This document shows positions 18,601 to 27,055 of a DNA stretch of 44,585 nt, piece after piece (positions within the stretch are counted from its first letter, which is position 1; each line of letters begins with the position of its first letter). The stretch comes from a virus (Duplodnaviria > Caudoviricetes): the IMG/VR virus record IMGVR_UViG_3300030330_005615, positions 1-44,585 of that record, one strand, 5' to 3'. The position numbers and the translations under genes are program-made. The notes beneath the pieces were generated by a model, which worked only from the letters and a program-made list of their open reading frames with translations, ran no database searches and had not been told where the DNA came from.

Positions 18601-18962
18601 AAATCGATGGTCTGTGTCAACTGAGCGGTGAAGTCAGCCCCACTAAAGCCCATGCGCCCAAAGATAAATCCGGGGTCTGTTTCGTCGGTCGCATCGATAT
18701 GATCGCGACAAACCATATGCACCGAGACCGGCTCGGACTCTATGATCGCGTCCTCTTCCTCTAGCGACCGCGCGAACTCAAACCCCTGCCCAGGTATGAT
18801 CGAAACTGAGCGAGCATAATTTTTGAACCCGCTCTCCTCAGACGCCACAAAATAAGTCCTCTGCGGTGGCACCACGGAACCAAAAGACGTACTAACCCCT
18901 GAAATAATCAGGTAGTAGCAGGGCGACCGATCGCGACTCTCAATAGGCGAAAAGTTAGGCAC
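15660..18962 (-). CDS. Large tail-tip/hub-like protein
   Basis: 1100 aa; C-terminal part resembles tail hub proteins (DTASIEAFGE); no alternative function evident. Confidence 0.6.
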   Translation of the reverse strand: MPNFSPIESRDRSPCYYLIISGVSTSFGSVVPPQRTYFVASEESGFKNYARSVSIIPGQGFEFARSLEEEDAIIESEPVSVHMVCRDHIDATDETDPGFIFGRMGFSGADFTAQLTQTIDLSNTPTVHCTTVAGLAAGDIVHIGQEAIEVGAVDVAAKTFTVAASGRGRLATTKARHVVSTDDGVFPLVTKPAVFFRGRRAVIYEASLGVNGELPSDSEWIERFRGFVASEPEFSTDGGLETVTINISPLTAALDRPLSHRSGKLRLHPRIHSFDGLHAEHIAFFESVKMSEYFYVGIHEPAAGPVQINGEFYTTLASSPLSPGQGVAQVFDGLLPYSDNPDSVELYPYKHPRRFVSSTGRRGGGLENGVIIDRDGDHILLRDVDGSFKNSGDNFVGSNQDVIANETHNELRLLKIGESSGANWATGVAASVAWPKCIADVLTTQGFDSSELFNGLFQILFSEQGRVFSFLPNYKYSIPNAAQLEARDINLPLPPKATMTIARDARHYQSFLQENNQGGFGWPGTAARGDNFRNLSNAADAYSVGQTNETAHPNTQIPASILDFFDGGDAAKIDLEVAYDRRPTIANTQSRASIGRRVNVSTPRAWYYPGSRFSDAPVDFWQFEKWITFDKDPGAPAGGSVLFDVSMGGDGDPIFQIVVGPATAVTVDGETGYRCEVLEGKFLSDDDFVIRDYGGPVAERPLFSPAVRFAPTVSVGSMLLQLLTSSSGGGVTSATYDLLPLGAGLTDKTTNPLGADVDVASFLAIAEPVGLNFSPLFRSGDTILDIMRGVLLSVGYVLDMRVDDSGKCRLAAVKVGVPSASDVIAAIDDSDIAGSPIPSSPARTSIRNIFNFAANFDYQGDPQFEQEIKDTASIEAFGEADKLNVDLQGATLNLDPGSVLAALQPIFSKLRLEMAFPYRLYKFGVRAGLAARMKVGGVYKISSGQLRGAKGPGVIDAICRLRSIECEGFEPIAKVEFIHFGFAGTGWAPSLAVTAANGAVLTVRTNDYRPETAQEDLSGFEGITAGDTVRLFVGDNPGAGTSHSVASVDLAANTITLSANPGLAAPSDGHAVMAYITPDIKADAATIHDDYGFIGSAKLT

Positions 18963-18976
18963 TCAAAACCCAGAAT

Positions 18977-19026
18977 GACAAAATTGTCTAAAATGCTTTG
19001 ACACTTTGATCAGTATAGAGCAATAT
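18977..19026 (+). promoter_or_regulatory. Promoter region with GACAAAATTGTC dyad, TTGACA -35 and a paired-GATC box variant (19006-19023)
   Basis: TTGACA(18998-19003)-17-CAATAT(19021-26); TTGATC-AGTATA-GAGCAA overlaps the spacer and -10. Confidence 0.6.
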
Positions 19027-19034
19027 GATGAAGG

Positions 19035-19074
19035 AAAAAAGAGGACCGGCCAATTGTCGGAGAGACCGGTCCTC
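19035..19074 (-). terminator. Rho-independent terminator, minus strand
   Basis: GAGGACCGG/CCGGTCCTC stem followed by T6 on the minus strand. Confidence 0.65.
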
Positions 19075-19114
19075 AGAATCAACGCCGTTAGTACGGCACT
19101 GAAAGGGTACAACC

Positions 19115-19345
19115 ATGATAACACATCAAGATGGCCACATTCAACGCTTGCATGAAGCGCTGCTATTAAGCGACGTGCAACGGGCGCACGTAATCGCTCG
19201 ACTCCAAAGCATTCTCGACCGCGAGCGAGCGCCGGACAATGGTGACGTTATTCAGCGCCTAGAGTCGTTTCTTGTCGAATCCAAGCATAGGTCTATGACT
19301 GCAGGATTGCCGGCGTTACGTCGGAGACTGCGAGGTCTATCATGA
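19115..19345 (+). CDS. Hypothetical protein (76 aa)
   Basis: AAAGGG RBS; ATGA-coupled to the ERF gene. Confidence 0.7.
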   Translation: MITHQDGHIQRLHEALLLSDVQRAHVIARLQSILDRERAPDNGDVIQRLESFLVESKHRSMTAGLPALRRRLRGLS

Positions 19346-19962
19346 GATGGTCTGACACCACAGCCAAGCTAGACGCGGCGCTTGCTGAAGCTCAGAAACA
19401 ACTTCAGCCCGCCGTTAAAAAGGCCAGAGGCCACGGCTATTCGTACGCCGGCCTTGATGAGGTCATGGATAGCGCTATGAAGTGCCTCACCTCTGCCGGT
19501 TGCTCTCTGAGTCAGGGTGTCGACTGGGTAAATGGTGATATGGTTATGGTTACTCGTATCGCGTGCTCTGGTGAGTATCTGCTGACGTATTTCCCGATGA
19601 CAGCCGAGGGAGGCAAGCGACTCAACGCAATGCAGGCCATGGGCAGCGCTTCCACCTATGGCCGCCGATATGCGATACAATGCGCTTTAGGTATTGCGCC
19701 CATCACCGAACAGCAAGCCGCAGAGCTTCAAGTGAGTTTCAGAGACGATGATGGCGCCTCATCGGGTGGTAGCCTCTTGTCTGAGCTAAAGAGTAGACTG
19801 TTGGCGTACGGCCCAGCCCTACGCACCCATCGCGACTTGCTTGTCCGTAAAGGTTTCCAGGGCATGGATGACATTGAGCGATGTCAAGATGAGGATGCAT
19901 TGGCAGACGTGCTCGAAAATATCCAGCGCTCGATTAATGGCTCTGCCCGCCCCCGTCACTAG
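19342..19962 (+). CDS. erf: ERF-family single-strand annealing recombinase
   Basis: YSYAGLDEV and QAMGSASTYGRRYAI..LGI signature. Confidence 0.9.
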   Translation: MRWSDTTAKLDAALAEAQKQLQPAVKKARGHGYSYAGLDEVMDSAMKCLTSAGCSLSQGVDWVNGDMVMVTRIACSGEYLLTYFPMTAEGGKRLNAMQAMGSASTYGRRYAIQCALGIAPITEQQAAELQVSFRDDDGASSGGSLLSELKSRLLAYGPALRTHRDLLVRKGFQGMDDIERCQDEDALADVLENIQRSINGSARPRH

Positions 19963-20186
19963 TCAGCGACGTAAATGTATTCCCCGTCGGTAGGCGCCTC
20001 GCTCGCTGTACGCGCTGACACTACCACAGCAGGCATCGGCACAACTGGGTCGTTTGGCGGTGTTGGGAAGTAGACCACCACTACCCGGTCTGAGTTACTA
20101 GGGTCGGCGCCAATGTATGCAGCCGGGCCAGACTCCCACGTGCCATCGATTTCGTTGACGTATAGCGTACCTGTTATCATGACCAC
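19959..20186 (-). CDS. Hypothetical protein (75 aa)
   Basis: Overlaps the end of the upstream gene with a GGAG RBS. Confidence 0.6.
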   Translation of the reverse strand: MVMITGTLYVNEIDGTWESGPAAYIGADPSNSDRVVVVYFPTPPNDPVVPMPAVVVSARTASEAPTDGEYIYVAD

Positions 20187-20905
20187 TCCAATTGTACCGC
20201 AAGCTGAAAGGTCGCCCGATTATTCGAGTTTGAGCTTGAATAGTTGCTCCCGTCGATATTCTTCCCATCGAACGTGATGGCCAGAACATCGCCTGCGCTC
20301 ACTGTCCTATTCGAATCTGAGCTGAAGTCCTCCGAGGCGGTGTGTGTGCGGTAGCTTCCCGCCGTCGCATTAATCGCACCGGAGCCGATGGCCGTCCATG
20401 TCTGCGACGTCGTCGAGTTGTCGCCGGGCGTACACTTCCACAGCCTGACTCTAGTCCTTAGCGCTCCGAACGCTTGATACCAAGACGCGCTTAGGCTCAC
20501 AGCTTCAGCGTCTGCCGGTATCTGCCAGAGCCCCATATAGAGCATACCATTCATCACGGTTACACTTATCGTATCGCCAGAGGCAGCGCTTGAAGGTGCT
20601 GAGCCTATGTTTTGAGTCCATTGGCCGGGTACGCTTACACCATCCCAGACATGTGCATACAGATAGGAGCTAGACGCTACCTTGGCATATCCCCGAGCGT
20701 TTAACACCGCGTATGATGCTGAGGTGCTACCGCCGCCGCCTGAGGCAGACGATGAAATGGTTACTGAATCGGCGCTGGCATCCGTCGTAATGCTCACGTT
20801 GGTTCCGGCTACTAGTGTTAGAGTGTCGGTGTGTTCGTCCGCTGAGACCGTATCTTGACCGGATACAGCGACGTTTAAAAAGCCTTTGTCTGTTTTGTAT
20901 GACAA
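20177..20905 (-). CDS. Putative fibre/decoration protein
   Basis: DTLTLVAGTNVSITTDA motif, Gly/Ser linker, beta-rich C-domain; likely TTG start at 20905 (ORF track extends to 21001). Confidence 0.6.
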   Translation of the reverse strand: MSYKTDKGFLNVAVSGQDTVSADEHTDTLTLVAGTNVSITTDASADSVTISSSASGGGGSTSASYAVLNARGYAKVASSSYLYAHVWDGVSVPGQWTQNIGSAPSSAASGDTISVTVMNGMLYMGLWQIPADAEAVSLSASWYQAFGALRTRVRLWKCTPGDNSTTSQTWTAIGSGAINATAGSYRTHTASEDFSSDSNRTVSAGDVLAITFDGKNIDGSNYSSSNSNNRATFQLAVQLEWS

Positions 20906-20981
20906 CTTTCCCGCCTCTCGATGTGGGGTAGAGCCCCCGGCCTCAAATGGTGACAGCCGAGGGCTCTGGGTTGGGGAGTAC

Positions 20982-22565
20982 TTAGACGATAAACCATTCA
21001 TAGCCGCTGGTGGTGGACAGCGCGATGACGGTTAACGCCTGATACGCTTCATTGAGGGTGACGCTTCCCCCGTCAATGTTTTGGCTGTTGCCTTGGACCG
21101 TGACTGGCTTATTGCTGGCCACAGTACTACCGGCTTTTATAGTCATCTTTATGCCGGTGTCGTTCGCGGTGATACTAGGGAGCGTGAGCGTACACGATGA
21201 GCGATTAGTCATTTCTACCTTGTAATATGCAATAAAAGACGACAACGAAATATTTCCCGTACCATCGTCTCCGGCCACTGACTGTCTAACAGCGCCCATG
21301 CTGACGTTTGAAAAGTCACCAATTGCCAGGGTATTGCTGAATCCGCCCGGATTCATTGTGACCAGCTTGTCGCCGCTGGATGGTGCGCTTAGATTAGAAA
21401 CGCTCTGCAGGTTTGAGTCGTATGCTTGAACATCGGAGCCGAGGGCCAGCCCTAAGGTTGTGCGAGCTGCTGAAGCGTCAGCATCATCGACAAGTGTGGC
21501 GCCGAAAGTAGACACACCCGAGGCCGCGAAGAAATCACCGCTGGCAGACGTGGCAGCAGAGCCGAGTCCAAGAGTTGTGCGAGCTGCTGAAGCGTCAGCA
21601 TCATCGACAAGTGTAGCGCCAAACGTGGAAACGTCTGAAGCCGCGAAGAAATCGCTTGTAGCAGATGTGGCCGCGCTACCTAGCCCTAGGCTTGTACGGG
21701 CCGTCGCACCGGACTCAGCAACGAAGCCTGAGCCGTCCGACACGATGAAAGCCCCGTCCGATGGGATGAGCTGCGCAATATCTTGGAGGTGACTACCTAG
21801 GCTCAGACTAGGGGTGCTCGATTCTCCGTTACCGTTCGAAACCTGGATGCCTGTTCCGCCTGATAGCGATTGCACATAATCTCCGGTCGTGCTGGTGCCT
21901 AATTCGACACTATCCGCACCTACAGTCGCCGTGATGCTGACGTTTGCCGAGCCGTCGAAGGTAGCCGAGCCGCTGAGGTCGCCGGCTAAGCTAATGGTCC
22001 TAGCCGTTGCCAAGGCAGACGCCGTTGTAGCGTTAGCCTCGATGCTCCCAGCCTTTAACGCCACGTAGCTATTGTTTGAATCGATCAAATTCATTCGATC
22101 GTTGTCAGCATCGTAGATGAATTTGACGTCGGGGCCCGAGCCACCCTCTAAGATAATGCCTGTGCCGCTGGCAACCTCAGAGCCGCTGTTGCCCTTTCCA
22201 AGCACCACGTCCTTATCTTCAATTTCTAAAATCGTGCTGTTCACCGTGGTGGTCGTGCCGCTGACAACAAGATTGCCCGAAACGGTTAAGTTGCTGTTAT
22301 AAGTGAGGTTTGCAGCCAGTTTGGAGCCTGTAACGGCTGCATTGGCAATCGCCGCCGTATCAACTGCATCATCGGCCAACTCACTAGCACCAACGGCATT
22401 TGCCGCGATCTCAGAAGCGCCGACGGCATCCGCGGCAATCGCCGCTGCTACGATAGCATCATCGGCTACTGCATCACTACCGATCGCATTGTCGGCGACT
22501 TTGGCCGATGTGATCGCGTTGTTATCGATTCGAGCCGTGCTGACTGCTCCGATTTTGTAACTCAT
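20982..22565 (-). CDS. Tail/head fibre protein with internal repeats
   Basis: N-terminal 10-aa repeats of the AIAADAVGAS type, ATARTISLAGDLSGSATFDGS motif and 39-aa ARTTLGLG repeats. Confidence 0.8.
   Translation of the reverse strand: MSYKIGAVSTARIDNNAITSAKVADNAIGSDAVADDAIVAAAIAADAVGASEIAANAVGASELADDAVDTAAIANAAVTGSKLAANLTYNSNLTVSGNLVVSGTTTTVNSTILEIEDKDVVLGKGNSGSEVASGTGIILEGGSGPDVKFIYDADNDRMNLIDSNNSYVALKAGSIEANATTASALATARTISLAGDLSGSATFDGSANVSITATVGADSVELGTSTTGDYVQSLSGGTGIQVSNGNGESSTPSLSLGSHLQDIAQLIPSDGAFIVSDGSGFVAESGATARTSLGLGSAATSATSDFFAASDVSTFGATLVDDADASAARTTLGLGSAATSASGDFFAASGVSTFGATLVDDADASAARTTLGLALGSDVQAYDSNLQSVSNLSAPSSGDKLVTMNPGGFSNTLAIGDFSNVSMGAVRQSVAGDDGTGNISLSSFIAYYKVEMTNRSSCTLTLPSITANDTGIKMTIKAGSTVASNKPVTVQGNSQNIDGGSVTLNEAYQALTVIALSTTSGYEWFIV
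21457..21614. repeat. Intragenic direct repeat, 117-bp period
   Basis: 41-bp exact copies at 21457-21497 and 21574-21614. Confidence 0.9.
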
Positions 22566-22609
22566 TTTTCGCCCTTTTTACCCTGCCCAGGGGGGATTTA
22601 GTTTTGGAT

Positions 22610-23071
22610 TTATACAATCCAGTAGTTAGTGCCGTCACAGACCAACGTGACGGCCACATGTGCCTCATTTATAGTTAAGGACGCGCCCCCGTCTATCTGC
22701 CCGCCATTCGTGCCCAGTGTGAACGAATTAGTATCAGCATCGCCCTTATCTTTGATCAAAAACGATCGACCCGCATTCACAGTGCTGGCATCTGGAAGAT
22801 TGATGGTCCCCGACCCCCCAGAGGTATCCACCAATACGACAGAGTCTTGAAGACTCATATTTATACTTGTATTTCCAGTAGTTACAGACCGCGCAGGTAC
22901 AGCCATAATTGTAGCGCCGGTAGAATTAACAGTCAACCCCTGGCCTGTGCCGGATGTCAGGGTGACCGATGTTAAGGTTGCAATGACCCTATCTGATCCA
23001 CTTGCTTGTAGTGTGTTGGATGGTGCCTCGCTGCCTGTCCTTACGGGTGGTCGATAGAAAAAACCGCTCAT
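22610..23071 (-). CDS. Short fibre-like protein whose C-terminal domain resembles that of the 527-aa fibre
   Basis: LP..IK..IDGG.S.T.NEA pattern shared; GGAG RBS before ATG 23071. Confidence 0.65.
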   Translation of the reverse strand: MSGFFYRPPVRTGSEAPSNTLQASGSDRVIATLTSVTLTSGTGQGLTVNSTGATIMAVPARSVTTGNTSINMSLQDSVVLVDTSGGSGTINLPDASTVNAGRSFLIKDKGDADTNSFTLGTNGGQIDGGASLTINEAHVAVTLVCDGTNYWIV

Positions 23072-23072
23072 A

Positions 23073-23441
23073 TCAACTCCAAGGTGATGCGTTAGCATCT
23101 CGATAGGAGCGAATTACAAGCTTGATGGTGCCACTGTCAGCAGTCGAGCGAACGGAGATGTACCTCATATTCTTGACTTGGCCCTCACCGAGCACCCCTC
23201 CCGGCTCGATTTCAAAGCCGTCCGTTGCTGCCATAGCGTTGACGTCGTTTCTGTAGACCACGTATGCACTAGCAGAGGATGAATGCTTATTCTCGATAAG
23301 TATCGAGGCAATATCGGCGCCCGGTTGCAGTGTCGTCATATTGGCGGGCACTGTCGATAAGTCGATCGTGGTCCACCCGTTGCTGTCAAAGTTCGCCGTG
23401 GTCTGCCCCACTGCGACCACTTGCTGGTCTCTTGTGATCAT
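23073..23441 (-). CDS. Hypothetical virion protein (122 aa)
   Basis: GAGGGG RBS; inside the structural operon. Confidence 0.65.
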   Translation of the reverse strand: MITRDQQVVAVGQTTANFDSNGWTTIDLSTVPANMTTLQPGADIASILIENKHSSSASAYVVYRNDVNAMAATDGFEIEPGGVLGEGQVKNMRYISVRSTADSGTIKLVIRSYRDANASPWS

Positions 23442-23462
23442 GGTTCACCCCTCTAGCCTGAC

Positions 23463-24461
23463 TTACCTGTCAGAGTCGTCTGTTAGGAGCGGTCTGTATC
23501 GCGCCCCGTCTGTGTAACTTTTCAAAGTGGTTGCTGCGCTTGACGCCGTAAGCTTGATTGCTTTGGTGTTGATAACGGCCTTTTCTGCAGCATCAACCAC
23601 CTCATCGTCGTCTAAATCGATCCAATGTATTCGGCGAGCCTGACGATCGAACTCTTGATCGGATAACGATCGAAGTCTTTCGGGGTCAAGGTTAAGCGCT
23701 CCAACCTCAGCCGCATGACTCGCCACCATCAAGGCATGAGCCCGCCGAAACTGAGCGCCCAATACTTGATCAGCGTAAGACTCTGCAGGGAGATAGCTCT
23801 CAACCGTGCCTATGATGTCGACCATATCGATCATCTCTTGCCAGCCGTCACGATTTGCAGGCTCGGTGCCTGCCATCTGCGGTATAAGAGTCTTGAGGGT
23901 TCGAGCTGTTAAGCCCGTATCGAATGCATTGTTTACGACGCGAACTGGACCCCGCTCGCGAAAGTATTGCTCATCAGTGTTATCACCGCCGGTGTCAAAG
24001 TCTGCCGACCATGTAATCTCGTAATGCCCCGCCCTATCGACAGCCGCAAAAGTGTTTGCCGGTATGGTTGCGGTCCAAGTGTTTGAGAACATTGAGCCGG
24101 TAGCGTCTGACGGTATGCCCACCGGCAACGGCTCTGCGAATATGTAGCAATTAGATGAGTCGTCATAGTGAGAGACTTCAACCGGCATCTGCCCGCCGTG
24201 GCCCTTTAGATATAGATACCACCCGCCACCCGGATGCCCGACTAACCCGGCTAGGTTTTCACCAGAGCCCGCTGGTGACAGTGCTCGATACCTATCTGGG
24301 ATGCCTGTTATCGTCGCTGTGCCGTCTTTCCTGAGCGCCGTGGTTGATGTTACTCCCGCCGCTTTAATAACGAGGTTAGGCGCTGCTAGATTGGGGTCCG
24401 GTACCCTGTGAGGCTTCCAACGAAACGTAAAAGCCTGGTCCATTGAGATCTGGTAAATCAT
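23463..24461 (-). CDS. Hypothetical virion protein, C-terminal part possibly a head-tail adaptor
   Basis: 332 aa, coupled to the gpF-like gene; helical C-terminal domain; positional call. Confidence 0.5.
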   Translation of the reverse strand: MIYQISMDQAFTFRWKPHRVPDPNLAAPNLVIKAAGVTSTTALRKDGTATITGIPDRYRALSPAGSGENLAGLVGHPGGGWYLYLKGHGGQMPVEVSHYDDSSNCYIFAEPLPVGIPSDATGSMFSNTWTATIPANTFAAVDRAGHYEITWSADFDTGGDNTDEQYFRERGPVRVVNNAFDTGLTARTLKTLIPQMAGTEPANRDGWQEMIDMVDIIGTVESYLPAESYADQVLGAQFRRAHALMVASHAAEVGALNLDPERLRSLSDQEFDRQARRIHWIDLDDDEVVDAAEKAVINTKAIKLTASSAATTLKSYTDGARYRPLLTDDSDR

Positions 24462-25480
24462 GCCCGCCGTCTCCTGCGCTTTCGTCTTGGCTTTTTGGCT
24501 CTGGCTTTTTGGGCTGCCGTATTAGCCTTTTTGATGAGTTCGTCCGTTCCCCGTTTGAGTCCGATTTCCTTTAGCGCCTCATTCGATCGATCGCGTACTG
24601 GTATTAATTTGTGTCGGCATCGATAGCCGCCGCACGCTGTTCGCACCGGTAGTCCTTGCGAGTTGTTCGCCTTGTTAAGTTGCTCGACTGTAAACACATG
24701 GTTGTTCATGACGTCGCAGAACGGGCGCTCTAAGTCATCGTCTGGGCCCCTGTAGGCCATGACATACCGAGGCGCGTCCGCTGGCCCCTCTGCCTCATCT
24801 AGGCTACTTTCGAGCGTCGTTCTCAACACCTCGTTGACGAAGTTGTCCGCCTCTGAGAGTCTTGTGTATGCCTCAGTGAGCGAAAGTGGGATTCTGTCGG
24901 TAAGTTGCGTACTAGTAAGTTCGGCCAAGTCGAGCGGGCTAATCTCTCCCAAGTTAGCCGCCAGGGAGTCTCGGATTCGTGCCCTTGCTGGCCCGTCTAC
25001 CACGTCAGCGATAGTGTCTATCGTCCGATTAACGTAGCTTTCAATCAGCGCCTCTGCTGCGACCGTATCAAGAGCCTGGCGTGCTGTAGCCTCGCCCTGA
25101 ACGAATAGAGTCTCCTCCGCATACCCGGCCAACTCTGCTACAACGTCTCTCAATTGGTCGTCGCGAATGTCATTTCCTGCCGCCTGCATGAACTCTTGTA
25201 TCTCTACAATAGGCATATCAAGAACACTTGCTCGAAGCTGAGCGGGGTCCTCAAATTCTTGTAGCCTCTGCTCTAGCGCCGTCTCTAAAATCAGAACGCC
25301 GTCATCACCGTCTGGTTCTCGCCATTCGTCAGGATCGGAACCAAGAGCTGCGATGAGGCGCCGCCCTATATTCTCGGCTACACGTTCTGCCTGAATCGCA
25401 AAATCTTCGACCGCTTGATCGATCCTGTCGTCGCGTGCCTGCAGTAGACGCTTTACTTCACGTGCTTCACGATTAGCCAC
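24458..25480 (-). CDS. Head morphogenesis/minor capsid protein (Mu gpF / SPP1 gp7-like)
   Basis: C-terminal RPFC...GGYRCRH motif and a basic tail. Confidence 0.75.
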   Translation of the reverse strand: MANREAREVKRLLQARDDRIDQAVEDFAIQAERVAENIGRRLIAALGSDPDEWREPDGDDGVLILETALEQRLQEFEDPAQLRASVLDMPIVEIQEFMQAAGNDIRDDQLRDVVAELAGYAEETLFVQGEATARQALDTVAAEALIESYVNRTIDTIADVVDGPARARIRDSLAANLGEISPLDLAELTSTQLTDRIPLSLTEAYTRLSEADNFVNEVLRTTLESSLDEAEGPADAPRYVMAYRGPDDDLERPFCDVMNNHVFTVEQLNKANNSQGLPVRTACGGYRCRHKLIPVRDRSNEALKEIGLKRGTDELIKKANTAAQKARAKKPRRKRRRRRA

Positions 25481-25899
25481 TATTCCCCCCCGAGAAATCC
25501 TGTGTGAAGCTCCAAAGTCGCTAGATCCGCAGCCCGTATGTACTTATCAGCGACGGAGGCCTTGATCCGCCCTTTTGCGCCCAGTAACTTCGCTAGCTTC
25601 TTACGTCTTGAATGATGCAACGAAAGAAATTGCGCGATCAAATCATCGCGACTGTTGGAACGGTCCCCGGCCGGGGATAAATCAGCAGAGAGGGGGGACT
25701 GCTGGCCCCGACCGGATTCCGAAGTGATTGGTGATTCGGCGGGCTCCACGGCTTTTAAAACGCCTTGATGCGCCCCCTCTGCCATGATTTTTTCAGCCCG
25801 CTCCGGCTGAAGCCATGCAACGCTACCGACAGGCACAAATCGCCCTCGATCATCGTGGATGAATGCACATCCGATATTGTCGTATGGCTTCAGCTTCAC
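25480..25899 (-). CDS. Hypothetical protein (139 aa)
   Basis: Directly downstream of the capsid gene; translationally coupled to the next gene. Confidence 0.6.
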   Translation of the reverse strand: MKLKPYDNIGCAFIHDDRGRFVPVGSVAWLQPERAEKIMAEGAHQGVLKAVEPAESPITSESGRGQQSPLSADLSPAGDRSNSRDDLIAQFLSLHHSRRKKLAKLLGAKGRIKASVADKYIRAADLATLELHTGFLGGE

Positions 25900-25912
25900 C
25901 GGTCGCCCTACC

Positions 25913-27055
25913 TTAGCCGAGATTCTTGATCACAGTGCCGCCGTCAGTCGACAAGGCGATAGGTGCACAGAACACCTCTGAGATACATTCGTAGGATTGA
26001 GGTGCTATACCTGCTTCAGGACCCATTTGTACGTCAGCTTTACCGATGAGCTTAACGAATGAGCCAGCACCACTAACGAGTCGTGGTTGCGACCCAGCGC
26101 CCAAACTGACTGCAGCCTCGCCGGCAGAACCAATCCACATGCGATCGGCTGGGAAGATATAGTCACGGCCAGCCGCGCTTTCTTCTAGCCCGTCACTGAT
26201 GACGATTTCATCAAGGCCAAGGTGCTGCTTCAAAATCTCTACAACCGCGTCTGTGGGTAAAACGTGCTGAGAGTTGAATCCGCCTACCTTGAGGTTTTCG
26301 GTTGCCGCATCCACAGCAGCCGTACCACCGTTACGGACGAAAACACGCCCGAGAACAGACGCTTCCACAGCCAACTTGTCGATGACCTTCCGGCTGCAGT
26401 ACATGGCGTTTACTTTGCCTGCTGCTCGAATACGAGCTGCCTGAATAACGCTGTGAATGACTGACATGAAGTCATCAGAAGATGACAAGGCAGTCCCGCC
26501 CGTTGCAGCAGCTTGCCAGTCAACCTCAGTCCACCCAGGTGAGACACCGTTATTGTCGGCCGCAATACCACAAAAGAAATTGCTTGCCAGACGCTCTAGC
26601 TGAAGGTGAACAGACGCCATCGAGCGTTGGGTGAGTAAAAGCTCCTCGCCGGCCTGGTCGAGAAAACCGTGCTCAATGTGATGCATCGGAATGGCAGCAT
26701 ATCCGCTGTACTGCTTCATTGTATAAGCGACTTCTGCAGGTGCAAATCGATCGATCTTGCTTCGAGCTGCACCGATGGTTTGACCGCTTAAAGCAGTCAA
26801 GCCGTTATCGGTGTGAGCCGCGCCCAACAGATCGCGCTTATTGCGCACGAAAAGCTTTCCATGGAGGGGTCCACCGTTCGACATGTCGATCGATCGTCCA
26901 CGGCCAATCTCACCCGGCCCCAGCAACGAAGGGGTGCCGAAAATACGACTGTAGGCAAGGTTCATTGCTTCCACTTCGGGCAACATGTCGAACATTGCAT
27001 CCCGAAGCAAGCTCTGAGGGTTTGCCTGTGCGTAGGTTAATTCATTAGCGGCCAT
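25913..27055 (-). CDS. Major capsid protein
   Basis: 380 aa directly after the protease/scaffold gene; GGAG RBS; size and position fit. Confidence 0.75.
   Translation of the reverse strand: MAANELTYAQANPQSLLRDAMFDMLPEVEAMNLAYSRIFGTPSLLGPGEIGRGRSIDMSNGGPLHGKLFVRNKRDLLGAAHTDNGLTALSGQTIGAARSKIDRFAPAEVAYTMKQYSGYAAIPMHHIEHGFLDQAGEELLLTQRSMASVHLQLERLASNFFCGIAADNNGVSPGWTEVDWQAAATGGTALSSSDDFMSVIHSVIQAARIRAAGKVNAMYCSRKVIDKLAVEASVLGRVFVRNGGTAAVDAATENLKVGGFNSQHVLPTDAVVEILKQHLGLDEIVISDGLEESAAGRDYIFPADRMWIGSAGEAAVSLGAGSQPRLVSGAGSFVKLIGKADVQMGPEAGIAPQSYECISEVFCAPIALSTDGGTVIKNLG

Noticed and set aside
21457-21614. Diversity-generating retroelement TR/VR pair
   Set aside because: No reverse transcriptase; the repeats are in-frame tandem protein repeats with mostly synonymous differences
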